From: Chiloscyllium plagiosum
Lineage: Eukaryota
Direction of reading: 5' to 3'
Length of the DNA: 64,000 nt
Assembly (NCBI RefSeq): GCF_004010195.1
Contig: NC_057749.1
Span: 25,366,014-25,430,013, forward strand
Under the pieces are notes generated by a model that ran no database searches, was not told the origin of the DNA, and saw only the letters and a list, made by a program, of their open reading frames with translations. This document shows positions 1 to 12,050 of the stretch, piece by piece. Every line of letters starts with the position of its first letter. The first letter of the stretch is position 1. Position numbers and translations under genes: made by a program.

Positions 1-300
1 GGAGTCCAGAACTAGAGGGCATAGGTTTAGGGTGAGAGGGGAAAGATATAAAAGAGACCTAAGGGGCAACGTTTTCATGCAGTGGGTGGTATGTGTATGG
101 AATGAGCTGCCAGAGGATGTGGTGGAGGCTGGTACAATTGCAACATTTAAGAGGCATTTGGATGGGTATAGGAATAGGAAGGGTTTGGAGGGATATGGGC
201 CGGGTGCTGGCAGGTGGGACTAGATTGGGTTGGGATATCTGGTCGGCATGGATGGGTTGGACCGAAGGGTCTGTTTCCATGCTGTACATCTCTATGACTC
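1..300 (+). mobile_element. CR1/HER1-type LINE 3' end (young subfamily)
   Basis: SRTRGH...F.QRVV..WNELPE..VEAGT...FK..LD CR1 ORF2 C-terminus plus 3' UTR and ctatga tail. Nearly identical to 7815-8112. Confidence 0.88.
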
Positions 301-304
301 TATT

Positions 305-655
305 ACACCAGGTTATAGTCCAACAGGTTTATTTGGAAGTACCAGCTTTCGGAGCACTGCGCCTTCTTCAAGTAGCTAATGGGGCAGGATCACAGGACAC
401 AGAATTTATAGTAAAAGATCAAAGACTTGATTAAGGACCTAACAGGAATCTCGGTTTGTTCAATACATCGCATTAGTTGTATGACACTTTGATCTTTTAC
501 TATAAATTCTATGTCCTATGATCCTGCCACATAGCTACCTGACAAAGGAGCAGTGCTCCAAAAGCTTGTCCTTCCAAATAAACCTGTTGGACTATAACCT
601 GGTGTTGTGTTATTTCTAACTTTGTCCAGCCCAGTCCAACTCCGGCACCTCCATG
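305..655. mobile_element. Family A palindromic Penelope-type insertion
   Basis: Inverted arms 305-424 and 487-605, each with a degenerate hammerhead core. Confidence 0.7.
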
Positions 656-3190
656 TTGAGTCTAATGATGACCAGGAAACCATTGCTGATTATTGGGAAA
701 ACCCCACCTGGTTCCCTAAAGTCCTTTCAGGAAGGAAACTGCCATCCTTACCTGGTCTGGCCTACATGTGACTCCAGACCCACAGCTATGTGATTGACTC
801 TGAACTGCTCTCAGGGCAATTAGCGATGGGCAATAAATGCTGGCCTAGCCAGCAATGCCCTCATCCTGTGAATGAATAATAAAGTAAATATAGATTTCCA
901 TCCTTAAAGGGCATTATTGAGCCAAGCGTACTCATACAGCAGTTTCCTAACTGGCATCCCAACCACCACTTTAAACATTCACTCTTTCCAACACCATCGC
1001 AGAGTGGCAGCAGTACTATCTTCAGTATACATTGTGGTATCTCACAAGGCTCCTTCAACAACATGTTTCAAAATCATGACCATTTCCATCGAGAAAGACA
1101 CAGGCAGCAGATACATGGAAACACCACCAGCTGCAAATTCCCCTCTCAGCCACACACCACCCTGGCGTGGAAACATATCACCGTTCCTTCAGTGTTGCTG
1201 TATCAAAATCCTGGAATTCCCTCCCTACCTGAGCGTCTACCTGCAGCACATGGACTGCAGTGGCTGAAGGCGGCAGCTCATCACTATCTTCTCAAAGGGG
1301 CAACTAGGGATGGGCAATAAATACTGGGCTCAGCCAGCGACATTTTGTGAATGAATCGTAAGAAAAATGGTCAATTTTATCGAATAGGTTTTTAATAAGT
1401 GCCGTGGTGGGATATGAATTTGGATCCAGTTATGAAATCACTATGCTACTGCACCCTAGAGGGTGCCTTCAAACATTATACAGCATTCCAACAGTCTGCA
1501 AATGAACTGCACTCTCAAAAAAAACACCTCCTGACCAATGAGACATTTATTACCTCATACTTCTAAAACATATGTAAATATTTGAAAAAAAAAGACCAAA
1601 GACAGCAAGCGAAAAGCTACTTGGAAGTGGGACATAAAGAAATGAGATATCACCACAGAATATTCTGAGGGAGAAACAGGAGTGCAGAATTGAAGCAGAA
1701 AGTGTTGGTGGCGTTTACCTATGAAGAGCCTGTTTGATTTAAGTTGCTGCTGAAGGCAGGGTTACTTTACCACGGAGTGCTCACCATAAATAAAAATGAA
1801 AAGAAATGTCGATGTGGTAAATCAGAAACAAAAACAGAAGTTGCTGGAAAAGCTCAGCAGCGTCTGTGAAGAGAAATCAAAGTTAACATTTTGAGTTCGG
1901 TGACCCTTCCCAATATAAACGAACTGCCGCTGAGACTAAATAGCAAGATCCAGCATTAACACTTGGAAACACTGGCTTTGCTGCTGAGCGATCTGTTCTT
2001 GTTAAAACCATGCTCTGTGAAGTAGTAAGAAATTGGCATACTGCTGCATGATGGGATACTTGACCAAGGTAAAAGCTATCTTGGCTCTCGCTTTAGTAGA
2101 AAAATACTGCTGGAGATAAAGACTGAGTTTGTGTAATTATAATTTGACAAAATATGGGGAGTGTATCATAGGCTCATCAGTAGGGATGCTTCCTGAGCTC
2201 ATTAGCTTTTCTGTCCTTAAGCAACAAGGCAATAGCTGCACTGTGCTTATCTTTACCTTGAATTATTATGAACTGTGGAATGTTGTTTGTATCATTGTAT
2301 AAGTATAGGCTGACTGTTCAGCTCGAGTGAGTGCTTTTAGACAGTGGAGACTGTCTCTGCCTCTCTGTGAATTCACAAAATATAAAACTTCTTGAAACAA
2401 GACTCAAAAGTCTCGGAAAAAGCAATTTCCTCGACACTCAGTTTCCCCACAATAGAAACATCATGAAGTGCCTTGACATTTTATTTTTTTGCAATCCACT
2501 TGGTGCAGGTGATTTCACAACAAAGTCGAATTCCTTTTTATGATTTTAACCTAACATGAACTGATCTGTTAAAAAGTGGTCACTCACTTTTACTGGCCCA
2601 ATAGAAACCGGTTTGAGTTAGATTAAAAACAAACAAAAAACCCATAAGATTACATCCACCAAGCTGTCTGGATATCAAAATTATACTTTATCTTCAGAAC
2701 CTCCCAGGGAGATCAATTTGAGTATCTCATATTCTACTGAAATGAATGCTCCACCCACTCTCGTTGACAGAGAAGTAAATATTGGCCTTACAGAAGTTCT
2801 CAAAATCACGAGGGAGTATAGATAAGATGAATGGCAGGTGTCTTTTCTCTCAGGTGGGGGATTTCAAAACTATGGGGGGGCGTATTTTTAAGGTGAGAGG
2901 AGGAAGATTTAAAAAAAGACATGAATGCAACGTTTTTACACAGACAATGGTTCGTGTGTGGAATGAGCTGCCAGAGACAGTGATGGGTGCAAGTACCGTT
3001 ACAAAGACATTTGGATAAGTGTGTGAATAGGAAAGGTTTGGAGGAATATGGAACAGGAGCAGGCAGGTGGGACTAGTTCAGTTTAGGATTATGTTCATTA
3101 TGGATTGGTTGGACTGAAGAGTGTGTTTCCGTGCTGTATGACTCCAAGTTGCTGACTGTAGAAACATGTGCTTTGTATAAATTTAATTTA

Positions 3191-3384
3191 CAGATAGTCC
3201 CCAATTTATGAAAGTCTGACTTACGAACATTTATACTTACAAACGGGATCCCATACAGGTCCAACATATGAACATTTCCTGTACAGTTGCTTTATATTGT
3301 CCTGCTTTGTACTTTGACATGCATATAAATTGACTTGTGACTGGACTCCTGAAGAAAACCCGTCCCCTACTCGGAGACTGTCTG
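3191..3384. mobile_element. Tigger-like MITE (degenerate)
   Basis: ta-CAGATAGTCCCC ... GGAGACTGTCTG termini with internal gacttacgaac repeats. Confidence 0.55.
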
Positions 3385-4712
3385 TTTTTAAAATGCCTGA
3401 CGATGGCTTGCTGAGTGTGTGCTTTACTCGATCCTTGCTTCTCAGTCCAGCTTCACCCTGTAGTTGCTTTTTGTTTGTTTGTGGCAACAGAGACTGGACA
3501 TTCATCACTTTAATCCGCACTCCAACAGCGCTCTGACGGAAATACCGCAGCAGCCGGATTCTCTGCCAAGTCTTGGAATAGAATCCCTAGAGAAAGGCCG
3601 TTCGGCCCATTGTGTCTGCACCAACCCTTCAAAGGGCATCCCACCCAGAGTCATCCTCCTAGTCTATCCATGTAACCCTGCATTTCACATGGCTAACCCA
3701 CCTAGCCTGCCCATCCCTGGACACTATGGACACTTTAGCATGGCTGTGTTGTAATGACAGGCTGGGGCTTTTTTCACTGGAGTGAGACTGAGGGGTGACC
3801 TTATAGCAGTCTGTAAAATCATGAGGGGCACAGATAAGGTAGATATCCAACAGCTTTACTCCATGGTAGGACAGTCTAAAACTAGAGGGCATAGGTTTAA
3901 GGTGAGAGGGAAGCGATAAGGTGAAGGGACAATATTTTCACAAAGAGGGTGGTGAGTGTCTGGAACAAGTGACAGAGGTAGGTGTGGGGGGTGAGTATGA
4001 TTTCATCACTTAAACAACATTTGGACAGGTACATGGGTGGGCTTGGACCAAACGCAGGCAAATGGAACTAGTTTGATTATGAAAACTGGGCAGCATTGGC
4101 AAGTTGGACCGTCTTTTTCCATGCTTTAGTCCTCTATGTCTCTAATCCACCTAACCTGCACATCTTTGGGATGTGGGAGGAAATCCATGCAGACACGGGG
4201 AGGATGTCTGTGCGGACTATGCACAGTCGCTAACCACTGAGCCACCATAACATTTTTTTAAACTTAAAAAATAAATTAAACAGCACATGGATTTAAATCA
4301 CCCACCATTTCTTCATGAATGCTGCATCAAATTGCTGGAATTACCTCTCTGAGGAAACACTGACATTGCAGTAATGTTGCGTGACTTAGAGTCCAGAGAT
4401 TCTGGCTAATGCTTTGAGGACATGGGTTCAACTCTCCATCCCCAACCATCCCCACCCCAATGAGAGCTGGCACAATTTAAATTCAATGATAAAGAATGTA
4501 GTATAAAGTCAGTCTCAGTAAGTGTGACCATGACAAATTCTCCCTGAATGTTGTAAAATCCCATCTGATTCACCAGTCGCCTTGAGAGAAGGAAATCTGC
4601 CATCCTTACAGAGTCTGGCCTACATGTGACTCCAGATCCAGAGCTTGGTCACCTTGGACACAGCCGAAGCAGGCGTATTTTTTTAACCCCCAAACAGAAG
4701 GAGGAAAACTAA

Positions 4713-4850
4713 GCAAATTAAAACCGAAAGAACTGTGGATGCTGAAAACCAGAAACCAAAGCAGAAGTTGCTGGAAAAGCTCAGCAGGTCTGGCAACATC
4801 TGTGGAGAGAAATCAGAGTTAACGTTTCGGGTCCGGTGACCCTTCCTCAG
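4713..4850 (-). ncRNA. Family C Penelope-type short insertion with intact minimal hammerhead ribozyme core
   Basis: Minus strand reads CTGAGGA-A-GGGTC-ACCG-GACCC-GAAA-C-GTT-AAC. 9-bp TSD GAAAACTAA at 4704-4712 and 4850-4858. Confidence 0.72.
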
Positions 4851-4859
4851 AAAACTAAC

Positions 4860-4923
4860 CGTTTCTTTGTGTAGCAAAGGTTCCAGCACGGTCCTGGCTT
4901 TTTCAAAAGGGGGGACTTTTGAC
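4860..4923 (-). CDS. NEIL1: NEIL1 third coding exon
   Basis: 64 nt, SKVPPFEKARTVLEPLLHKET. Bounded by ctttag| and |gttagt. No further NEIL1 exons were recognised between 1 and 4859. Confidence 0.93.
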
Positions 4924-5231
4924 CTAAAGCGAGCGACAAAGAGAGGTGAATCAATCGGGCATTTTCCGGCCAGTTCCAAGTCACAGGACCAACTTGCTCT
5001 GAAGCTAGTCTCCCTGATTACAGCCAACTCCTCCGAGTATGAGAAATATTGGCAACATCCCAGTGTTCACCTCTCCACACCATTCCTGCATCAGGTGACC
5101 ACACCGAGACCTGTCGGCACTGCAAGGGCAGAGGTAACTGTTGATGTTTGTGGCTCAACTTGCACAGATCCAAACTAAAGCAGTAACAACTCCGAAAACA
5201 TATTCCCACTGAAAATAAAACCCAATCACCT

Positions 5232-5720
5232 CGAAACCTGAAAGGGTGCAGAAAAGCTTTACAAGGATGCTGCCAGAGTTGGAAGGTTTGAGCGAAAGGG
5301 AGAGGCTGAACAGGCTGGGGCTGTTTTCCCTGGAGCAGCAGAGGCTGAGGAGTGACCTTATAGCAGTTTATAAAATTGTGGATAAGGTGAATAGAGAAGG
5401 GCTTTTCCACAGGGTAGGGAATCCAAAACTAGGGGGCATTGGTTTAAGATGAGAGGGGAAAGATTGAAAAGGAGCCTAAGGGGCAACATTTTCACACAGA
5501 GGGAGGTGCGTGTATGGAATGAGCTGCCAGAAGAAATGGCGGAGGCTGGTACAATCACAACAGTTAAAAGGCATCTGGATTGGTATATGAATAGGAAGGG
5601 TTTAAACGGACATGGACCAAGTGCTGGCAAATGGGACTAGATCAGTTTAGGATATCTGGTCGGCATGGACGAGTTGGACCGAAGGGTCTGTTTCAGGGCT
5701 GTACCCTATGGTTCTATGAC
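5232..5720 (+). mobile_element. CR1/HER1 LINE 3' fragment
   Basis: CR1 ORF2 C-terminal motifs. Similar fragments at 2793-3146 and 3755-4140. Confidence 0.85.
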
Positions 5721-5951
5721 CCTCCAACAGATGCAGGATATGAAAACTGAATCCTGAATGGTGGAAATCAGCAACCCCAAACTCAGGCCTCGAACAAACA
5801 CTGCCCAAGGACTTGCCAATCGAACTTTAACCCTGCTCCCAGTGTAGGAGGTGGGGCCCTGATTGTGTTTGTTCAGTGACTATAGGAGGGGCCTACAGGC
5901 CTAGCCCATTCCTCCCCCCCCCCCCGATGAAGAAGCCTTCCTCGACCTCAC

Positions 5952-6071
5952 CTGAAGAGAATCTCTGCTCGCAGGTAATTGCCAATACCGCTGAAGTATT
6001 TCTGATTCAACAGCATCTCACAGATCGGCTTGTCAAAGGCTCTTTCTGATAGGTTTGTCAGCACATTTGAT
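5952..6071 (-). CDS. NEIL1: NEIL1 second coding exon (H2TH motif)
   Basis: 120 nt, SNVLTNLSERAFDKPICEMLLNQKYFSGIGNYLRAEILF. Bounded by cccag| and |gtgagg, phase 2-2. Confidence 0.96.
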
Positions 6072-6239
6072 CTGGGATAGATGACAGGAGAAGCAAACAT
6101 AGAAATTAAACTCATGCTGCAGAAAAAAAATGGATTGTGAGAGAAAAATAAAATGGAAATAATAAAGAAAAAATTTAGCAACTAATAACAACGGAGAACT
6201 GTGACTGAAAGTTGCCAACGGGGTTATTCGGGCCATACT

Positions 6240-6810
6240 TCAATAATGACCATATATCAGTAACGACCATGTGCCATTAATGGGCAACATCAATAATGTC
6301 CATGTGTCACTATTGACCATATGTCAGGGGTGACCACGAATCCATAGTGACCATACATCAGTGATGTTCCATGCATCAGTAATGACTATACACCAATAAT
6401 GACCATAACATGTCCGTAACATACATCAATAACGACCATAGAATGACTGTTTTGTCAGTAATGACCATATGCCAATAATGAACATATACTAATAATGCCA
6501 ACACTACAGTGATGACCATGTGATAGTTATGACTGTACGCCAATAATGACCATACGTCTGTAATGTACATCAGTAATAACCGCACGTTAGTAATGACCAC
6601 ACATTAGTAATGACCACACGTCAGTGATGTATATCAGTAATGACCACGCATCAGCAATGACCACACGTCAGTGATGTACATCAGTAATAGCAACACGTTA
6701 GTAATGACCACCGTCAGTAATGACCACACATCAGTAATATACATCAGTAATAACCACGTCAGTAATGACCATGTCAATGACGTACAGCATAATGACCACG
6801 CTTCACTAAT
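6240..6810. repeat. Degenerate ~15-17-bp minisatellite (CAGTAATGACCACACRT-like) in a NEIL1 intron
   Basis: Roughly 30 imperfect tandem units are visible. Confidence 0.85.
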
Positions 6811-7734
6811 ATATTGTGTTGCTAAAGGGCAATCAGACTGAAACAGAAAAGAACCTATATGAGCCAGTAAAGAGTAAACTCTCTAATAAAGAAGGGAGAG
6901 AGAGGAATTGACCAAGAAAGGTTTGCATTTCAATTGGACTTTTCACAACCGCAGTCTATCCCAAAGCAATGTACGGGCAATAAAGTATAGTTTAAATTGT
7001 AGTCACTATTGTGATGCAGGAAGCAGAGCAGCCAATGGAGCACATGACACTCCCGCAACCAGTGAATGATCCAACAATCTGGTTACGGCAGAGAGAGCTC
7101 CTTTGCTCACCTTCAAATAGGACCATAGTATCTGCACGACTACTTTGGTTTCATGTCTCATTCAAAAGACACCACTCCCAAAAGTGCAACACTCCCTGAG
7201 CCCCACGCTGTAGGCTGTTATGCTTTTGTGTTCACATTTATAACAGAAACATTTGAAGTCACATCATTCAGACACAGAGGTATAACAGCAACGAGCTGAG
7301 CTCTGGTTGACACTGCATGCCAAGTAGGCAAAAGTGAGGACCGCAGATGCTGGAAACCAGAGTTTAGATTAGAGTGGTCCTGGAAAAGCACAGCAGGTCA
7401 GCCAGCATCCCTGGATGCTAATCTAAACTGCATGCTAGGTAGTCATTCTATTGCACACCCAACTACATTATCATCTTTTAATTAAGGAACAGGAGGTTTA
7501 GTGAGGATCGGAGCGAAACACTTTCACCAAAGGGTGGTGGGGAATCTGGAATTCGCTGCCTGTCAGGTTGGGAGAGGCAGAAACCCTCATCACACTGAAA
7601 AAGCATTTAGATGTACTGTTGCAATGCCAAAGTGTACAAGGCTGTGGGCCAAGTGCTGGAAAATGGGACCATAATAGTTATGTGCTTCTTTTTGACCAGC
7701 ACTGATCCGATGGGCTGAAGGATCACTTCCTGTG

Positions 7735-8125
7735 CTGACTTGGGAGGTCATGTTGCGGCTGTACAGGACATTGGTTAGGCCACTGTTGGAATATTGCGTG
7801 NNNNNNNNNNNNNNGGGGAGTCCAGAACTAGAGGGCATAGGTTTAGGGTGAGAGGGGAAAGATATAAAAGAGACCTAAGGGGCAACCTTTTCATGCAGAG
7901 GGTGGTACGTGTATGGAACGAGCTGCCAGAGGATGTGGTGGAGGCTGGTGCAATTGCAACATTTAAGAGGCATTTGGATGGATATATGAATAGGAAGGGT
8001 TTGGAGGGATATGGGCCGGGTGCTGGCAGGTGGGACTAGATTGGGTTGGGGTATCTGGTCGGCATGGACAGGTTGGACGGAAGGGTCTGTTTCCATGCTG
8101 TACATCTCTATGACTATGACTATGA
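7735..8125 (+). mobile_element. CR1/HER1 LINE 3' fragment spanning a 14-N gap
   Basis: Same motifs as 1-300, with an (ACTATG)n tail. N run at 7801-7814. Confidence 0.87.
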
Positions 8126-9574
8126 CTTCTATGAGGGCCAGGCAATATGAAACAGAATATCATTGAGAATATAGTTAATGACGTTGGCTATCTCTTTCAC
8201 TTAAGTTAAAAATCACACAACACCAGGTTATAGTCCAACAGGTTTAATTGGAAGCACACTAGCTTTCGGAGCGAATATGAGTATTCGGCTCCTAATGAAA
8301 GGAAATCAGTCAGTCCCTTAGGACAGAAGTGTGGGTGGGTCTCACTGGCTTCCCCGTGCCTCTGGCAAAAACGTGTGACCCCCCCCCTCACAGACTATTT
8401 CTAAGCTGTGTACAAACAGCCTGTCTGCAAAGTTAAAAGTCACACAACACCAGGTTAGAGTCCAACAGGTTTATTTGGAAGCACTAGTTTTCAGAGCACT
8501 GGTGTTGTGTGATTTTTAACTTTGTACCTCCCAGTCCAACACCGTCACCTGCAAATGATGTCTGCAATGTATGGATGTCTTGTCTCTTACAGATTGCCTC
8601 AGGCCAGTATTTTGCATTGTCTCCTTCTCCATTGAGTTCCAGGGTTGAGAGAATTCAGCGAGGTGGTTAGATTGACAAGACCTGGCACTGTGCTGCTTTA
8701 AGGAGACTAAGAGGGGATCTAATAAAGGCTCCCGCAATCATGAGGGGTCCAGACCGTGGAGATTGGGAAAAAGCATAAGCTGGAGGTCAAGAACCAGAAC
8801 AAGATGAATGAAGGTGATTGACGGAAGAAACAGAAGTGACAGGAGTGGAAACCTTTTTTTTTTTACGCAGCATGTGGTTAGGGTCTGGCATGCACTGCCT
8901 CACAGTGCAGTGGGGGCTGGCTCAATCACACTTTCAAAACGAAACTGAGCAATTATCTGAAAAGACTCGCAGAGTTACGGGGAAAAGGCCGGAAAGCGGG
9001 ACGAGCAGAGTTACAGAGAGGCAGCCTAGACAACGGGCTGAATGGCCTCCTCTGTGCCTCACTCAGACTAATCCAATCATTTAGCTTTCGTTGAACACAG
9101 TCTGCACAGCAGGAGATGCTGTCCAAATCAAAACAGCAAAGCATTCGCCCTCAAAGCAGACTGACCTCAACTGAGGTGGAGAGGTTGAGAACGTAAGAAA
9201 CAGGAGTGGGATGAGGCCATTTGGCCCATCAAGGCGATACCACTATCCAATATGATAGAATCCTACAGCAAGGAGACAGGCCCTTCAGTCCAAACTGATC
9301 CATGCCAACCAAAATGTCCATGCATGCTGATTTTAGCTGTTGACTCCTTATTCATCCCCACTCTCCACATCCCTAGAGAGACAAACGTCTGTTCTACCTC
9401 AGCCACAGATACGTTCAGTGCCAGAGTGTCACTCCAGCTCAGGTCACTATGGCTGTTCGGTTAGGATGGCCCAAGATGGACAAGATCACCCTCTCCTCTG
9501 TCAGCTCTCCCGGAAAAAAAAAATGACAAAAATAGATGAGGGAAACAAAGGGGGGAGCACTTTTCTTTTGGTAC

Positions 9575-10047
9575 CTGAACCTCTCGTATTCAAGCATCAC
9601 GCACGGTCCCCTGTCCGGCTGCCAGGTCCCGTTGACTTCCCAACTGCCGAACCTTCTGGGGTCAACAAAGCACAGAACCTGCCTAGGCTTCCGTTTGGTG
9701 AAGAACTTGAGGTGGGCGTGTTTGGGGATGTCCTCCTCAGTCGTCAGCTTGAAGGACCCAGACATGCCAAAGCGGAAGACAATGTCCATCGGCGCCAACA
9801 GCCTGTCATCGCCTTCCACCCCATCTGATGTGATACCCTCTTTCCCATCCTCCTCTTTGATGGGGGTAAGGGTCAGCTTGACCTCCTTCCCTCTCGACAC
9901 GGCGGAGATCAGGTAGGCGTCACAGCTGAAAGGCACGTCACAGTTTTTGCTCACCGTAGACTTTTCTACTTGCCCTGAGAACACAGTGCTGCAGCAGACC
10001 TGGTTAACAAACCTGGCAGCCAGGTGGAGTTCGGGTCCTTCAGGCAT
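9575..10047 (-). CDS. NEIL1: NEIL1 endonuclease VIII-like 1, first coding exon
   Basis: Translates MPEGPELHLA...SRGKE...FRFGMSG...FVDPRRFG...RGPCV, with the Fpg/Nei N-terminal PE motif and catalytic Lys. Acceptor ttctag ends at 10061 (13 nt of UTR precede the ATG). Donor AG|gtacc at 9574, phase 2. Confidence 0.96.
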
Positions 10048-10114
10048 TTTAGAAGACGATCTAGAACGACAATGAAAACACAAATGATCAGGCCAGATGC
10101 AGGCAGGTTGAGAA

Positions 10115-10670
10115 GAATTAGAGTCATACAGCACGGAAACAGGCCCTTTGGTCCAAGCAGTCCATGCCAACCATAATTCCAAACTAAACTAGCCTCACTT
10201 ATCCACACTTGACCCATATCCCTCCAAACATTTCTTATTCATGTGTTTATCCAAATGTCTTTTAAATGTTGTAACAGTACCCGCATCAACCATTTCCTCT
10301 GGAAGTTCATTCCACACACAAACCACTCTGTGCGAAAAAGTTGCCCCTCATGTCCGCATAGAGTCATCGAGATACAGCATGGAAACAGACCCTTCAGTCC
10401 AACCTGTCCATGCCAACCAGATATCCCAACCCAGTCTAGTCCCTCCTGCCAGCACCCGGCCCATATCCCTCCAAACCCTTCCTATTCCTATACCCATCCG
10501 GATGCCTCTTAAATGTTATAATTGTACCAGCCTCCACCACTTCCTCTGGCAGCTCATTCCATACACAAACCACCCTGTGCATGAAAAAGTTGCCCCTTAG
10601 GTCTCTTTTATATGAATAGGAAAGGTTTAGAGGGGTATGGGCCAAGTGCTGGCAAATGGGACTAGATTAG
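10115..10670 (-). mobile_element. Two adjacent CR1/HER1 3' fragments
   Basis: Reverse complement of the CR1 tail. 10357-10612 closely matches 7862-8115. Confidence 0.85.
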
Positions 10671-11239
10671 GTAGGGGGGGAGTGGGGGAGCAAATGTTGG
10701 GGCCTGCTAGTGGGTCCACAAGCTGTAAATTTGTGACCGTGACCTCTAAACCACCCCTGACTGAGTTACAACAACTGTTACCCGCACCAACTGCAAGTAC
10801 ACAGGACCATCGATCCCCACGGTGTTCTCACAGGTCTCCTTTCCCTACTCCAGCACCTCGCAGTTCATGGGGTCAAAAGAAACAGTTGGGGACGTACTGC
10901 CACTCAACGTCAGGAAACCCAAACAGTTACCAATCGTCTGAGATTGTGGAGCTGACTCCATCGATTCTTTGAAAAGGTGTTTCCGTGATCAAAATGTAAA
11001 GATCAGGCAGCATTTCACATTCAATAGAAACTCTGACCGGTCACTGGACTCAAAGCTGTAACTCTGCTTTCTCTCCCCAGATGCTGCCAGATCTGCTGGG
11101 TTTCTCAAGAAATTACATTTTTGTTTCCTTCTTCCAGTATCTGCAGTTCTTTGCTTTAGTTTAGTGTTTAACTCACAGCTACATCCTTTTTAAAATGAGG
11201 TAGATTACCCCCAAAGTTTCAGGTTTAAGAATGCAGCTA

Positions 11240-12050
11240 CACAGTTCCTTGAAAATGGAGTCACAGATAGACAGGGGAGTGAAGGTTCTGAGGAAGGGTC
11301 ACTGGACTCAAAACGTTAACTCTGATTTCTCTTGCTGCCAGACCTTATGCTTATTAGTGAAGGTGTTTGGTATGCTTGTCTTTATTGGTCAGTGGATGGA
11401 GTGTGAAAGTTGGGTTACTGCTGTACAGGACATTGGTTAGGCCACTTTTGGAATACTGCGTTCTGGTCTCCCTGTTATAGAAAAGATGTGAAACTTGAAA
11501 CGGCACAGAAAAGATTTACAAGGATGTTGCTGAGGTTGGAACGTTTGAACTATAGGGAGAGGCCAAACAGGCTGGGAATATTTTCCCTGGAGCGCCCGAG
11601 ATTGAGGGGTGACTGAATAGAGGTTTATAGAATCATAAGGGGCATAGATAGGGTGAATAGACAAGGTCTTTTTCCCAGTGTATGGAGTCCAAAATTAGAG
11701 GGCATAGGTTTAAGGTGAGAGAGGAACATTTTAAAAAGGGACCTAAAGGGCAACATTTTCAAGGAGAGGGTGGGGCGTGTATGGAATGAGCTGCCAGAGG
11801 AAGTGGTGGAGGCTGGTACAATTACAACATTTAAAAGGCATCTGAATGGGTACATGAATAGGAAGGGTTTAGAGGGATATGGGCCAAATGTGGGCAAATG
11901 GGATTCAATTCATTCAGGATATCTGGTCGGCAAAGGGATATGGGCCAAGTGCTGGCAAGTGGGATTAGGTCAGTTTAGGATATCTGGTCAGTGCGGATGA
12001 GTTGGAATGAAGGGTCTGTTTTCATGCCGTACCGCACTATGACTCTATAA
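11240..12050 (+). mobile_element. CR1/HER1 LINE 3' fragment
   Basis: FWSP.YRKDVKLE..QKRFTRML...GLFSLE motifs. Family C insert near its 5' edge. Confidence 0.85.

Noticed and set aside
6240-6810. Repeat array as a CRISPR-like locus
   Set aside because: Eukaryotic context with degenerate tandem units and no unique spacers.
10048-10182. N-terminal extension of the NEIL1 ORF (MELWLAW...)
   Set aside because: It runs through the intron acceptor into a CR1 tail, and Fpg/Nei catalysis needs Pro2 at the N-terminus.
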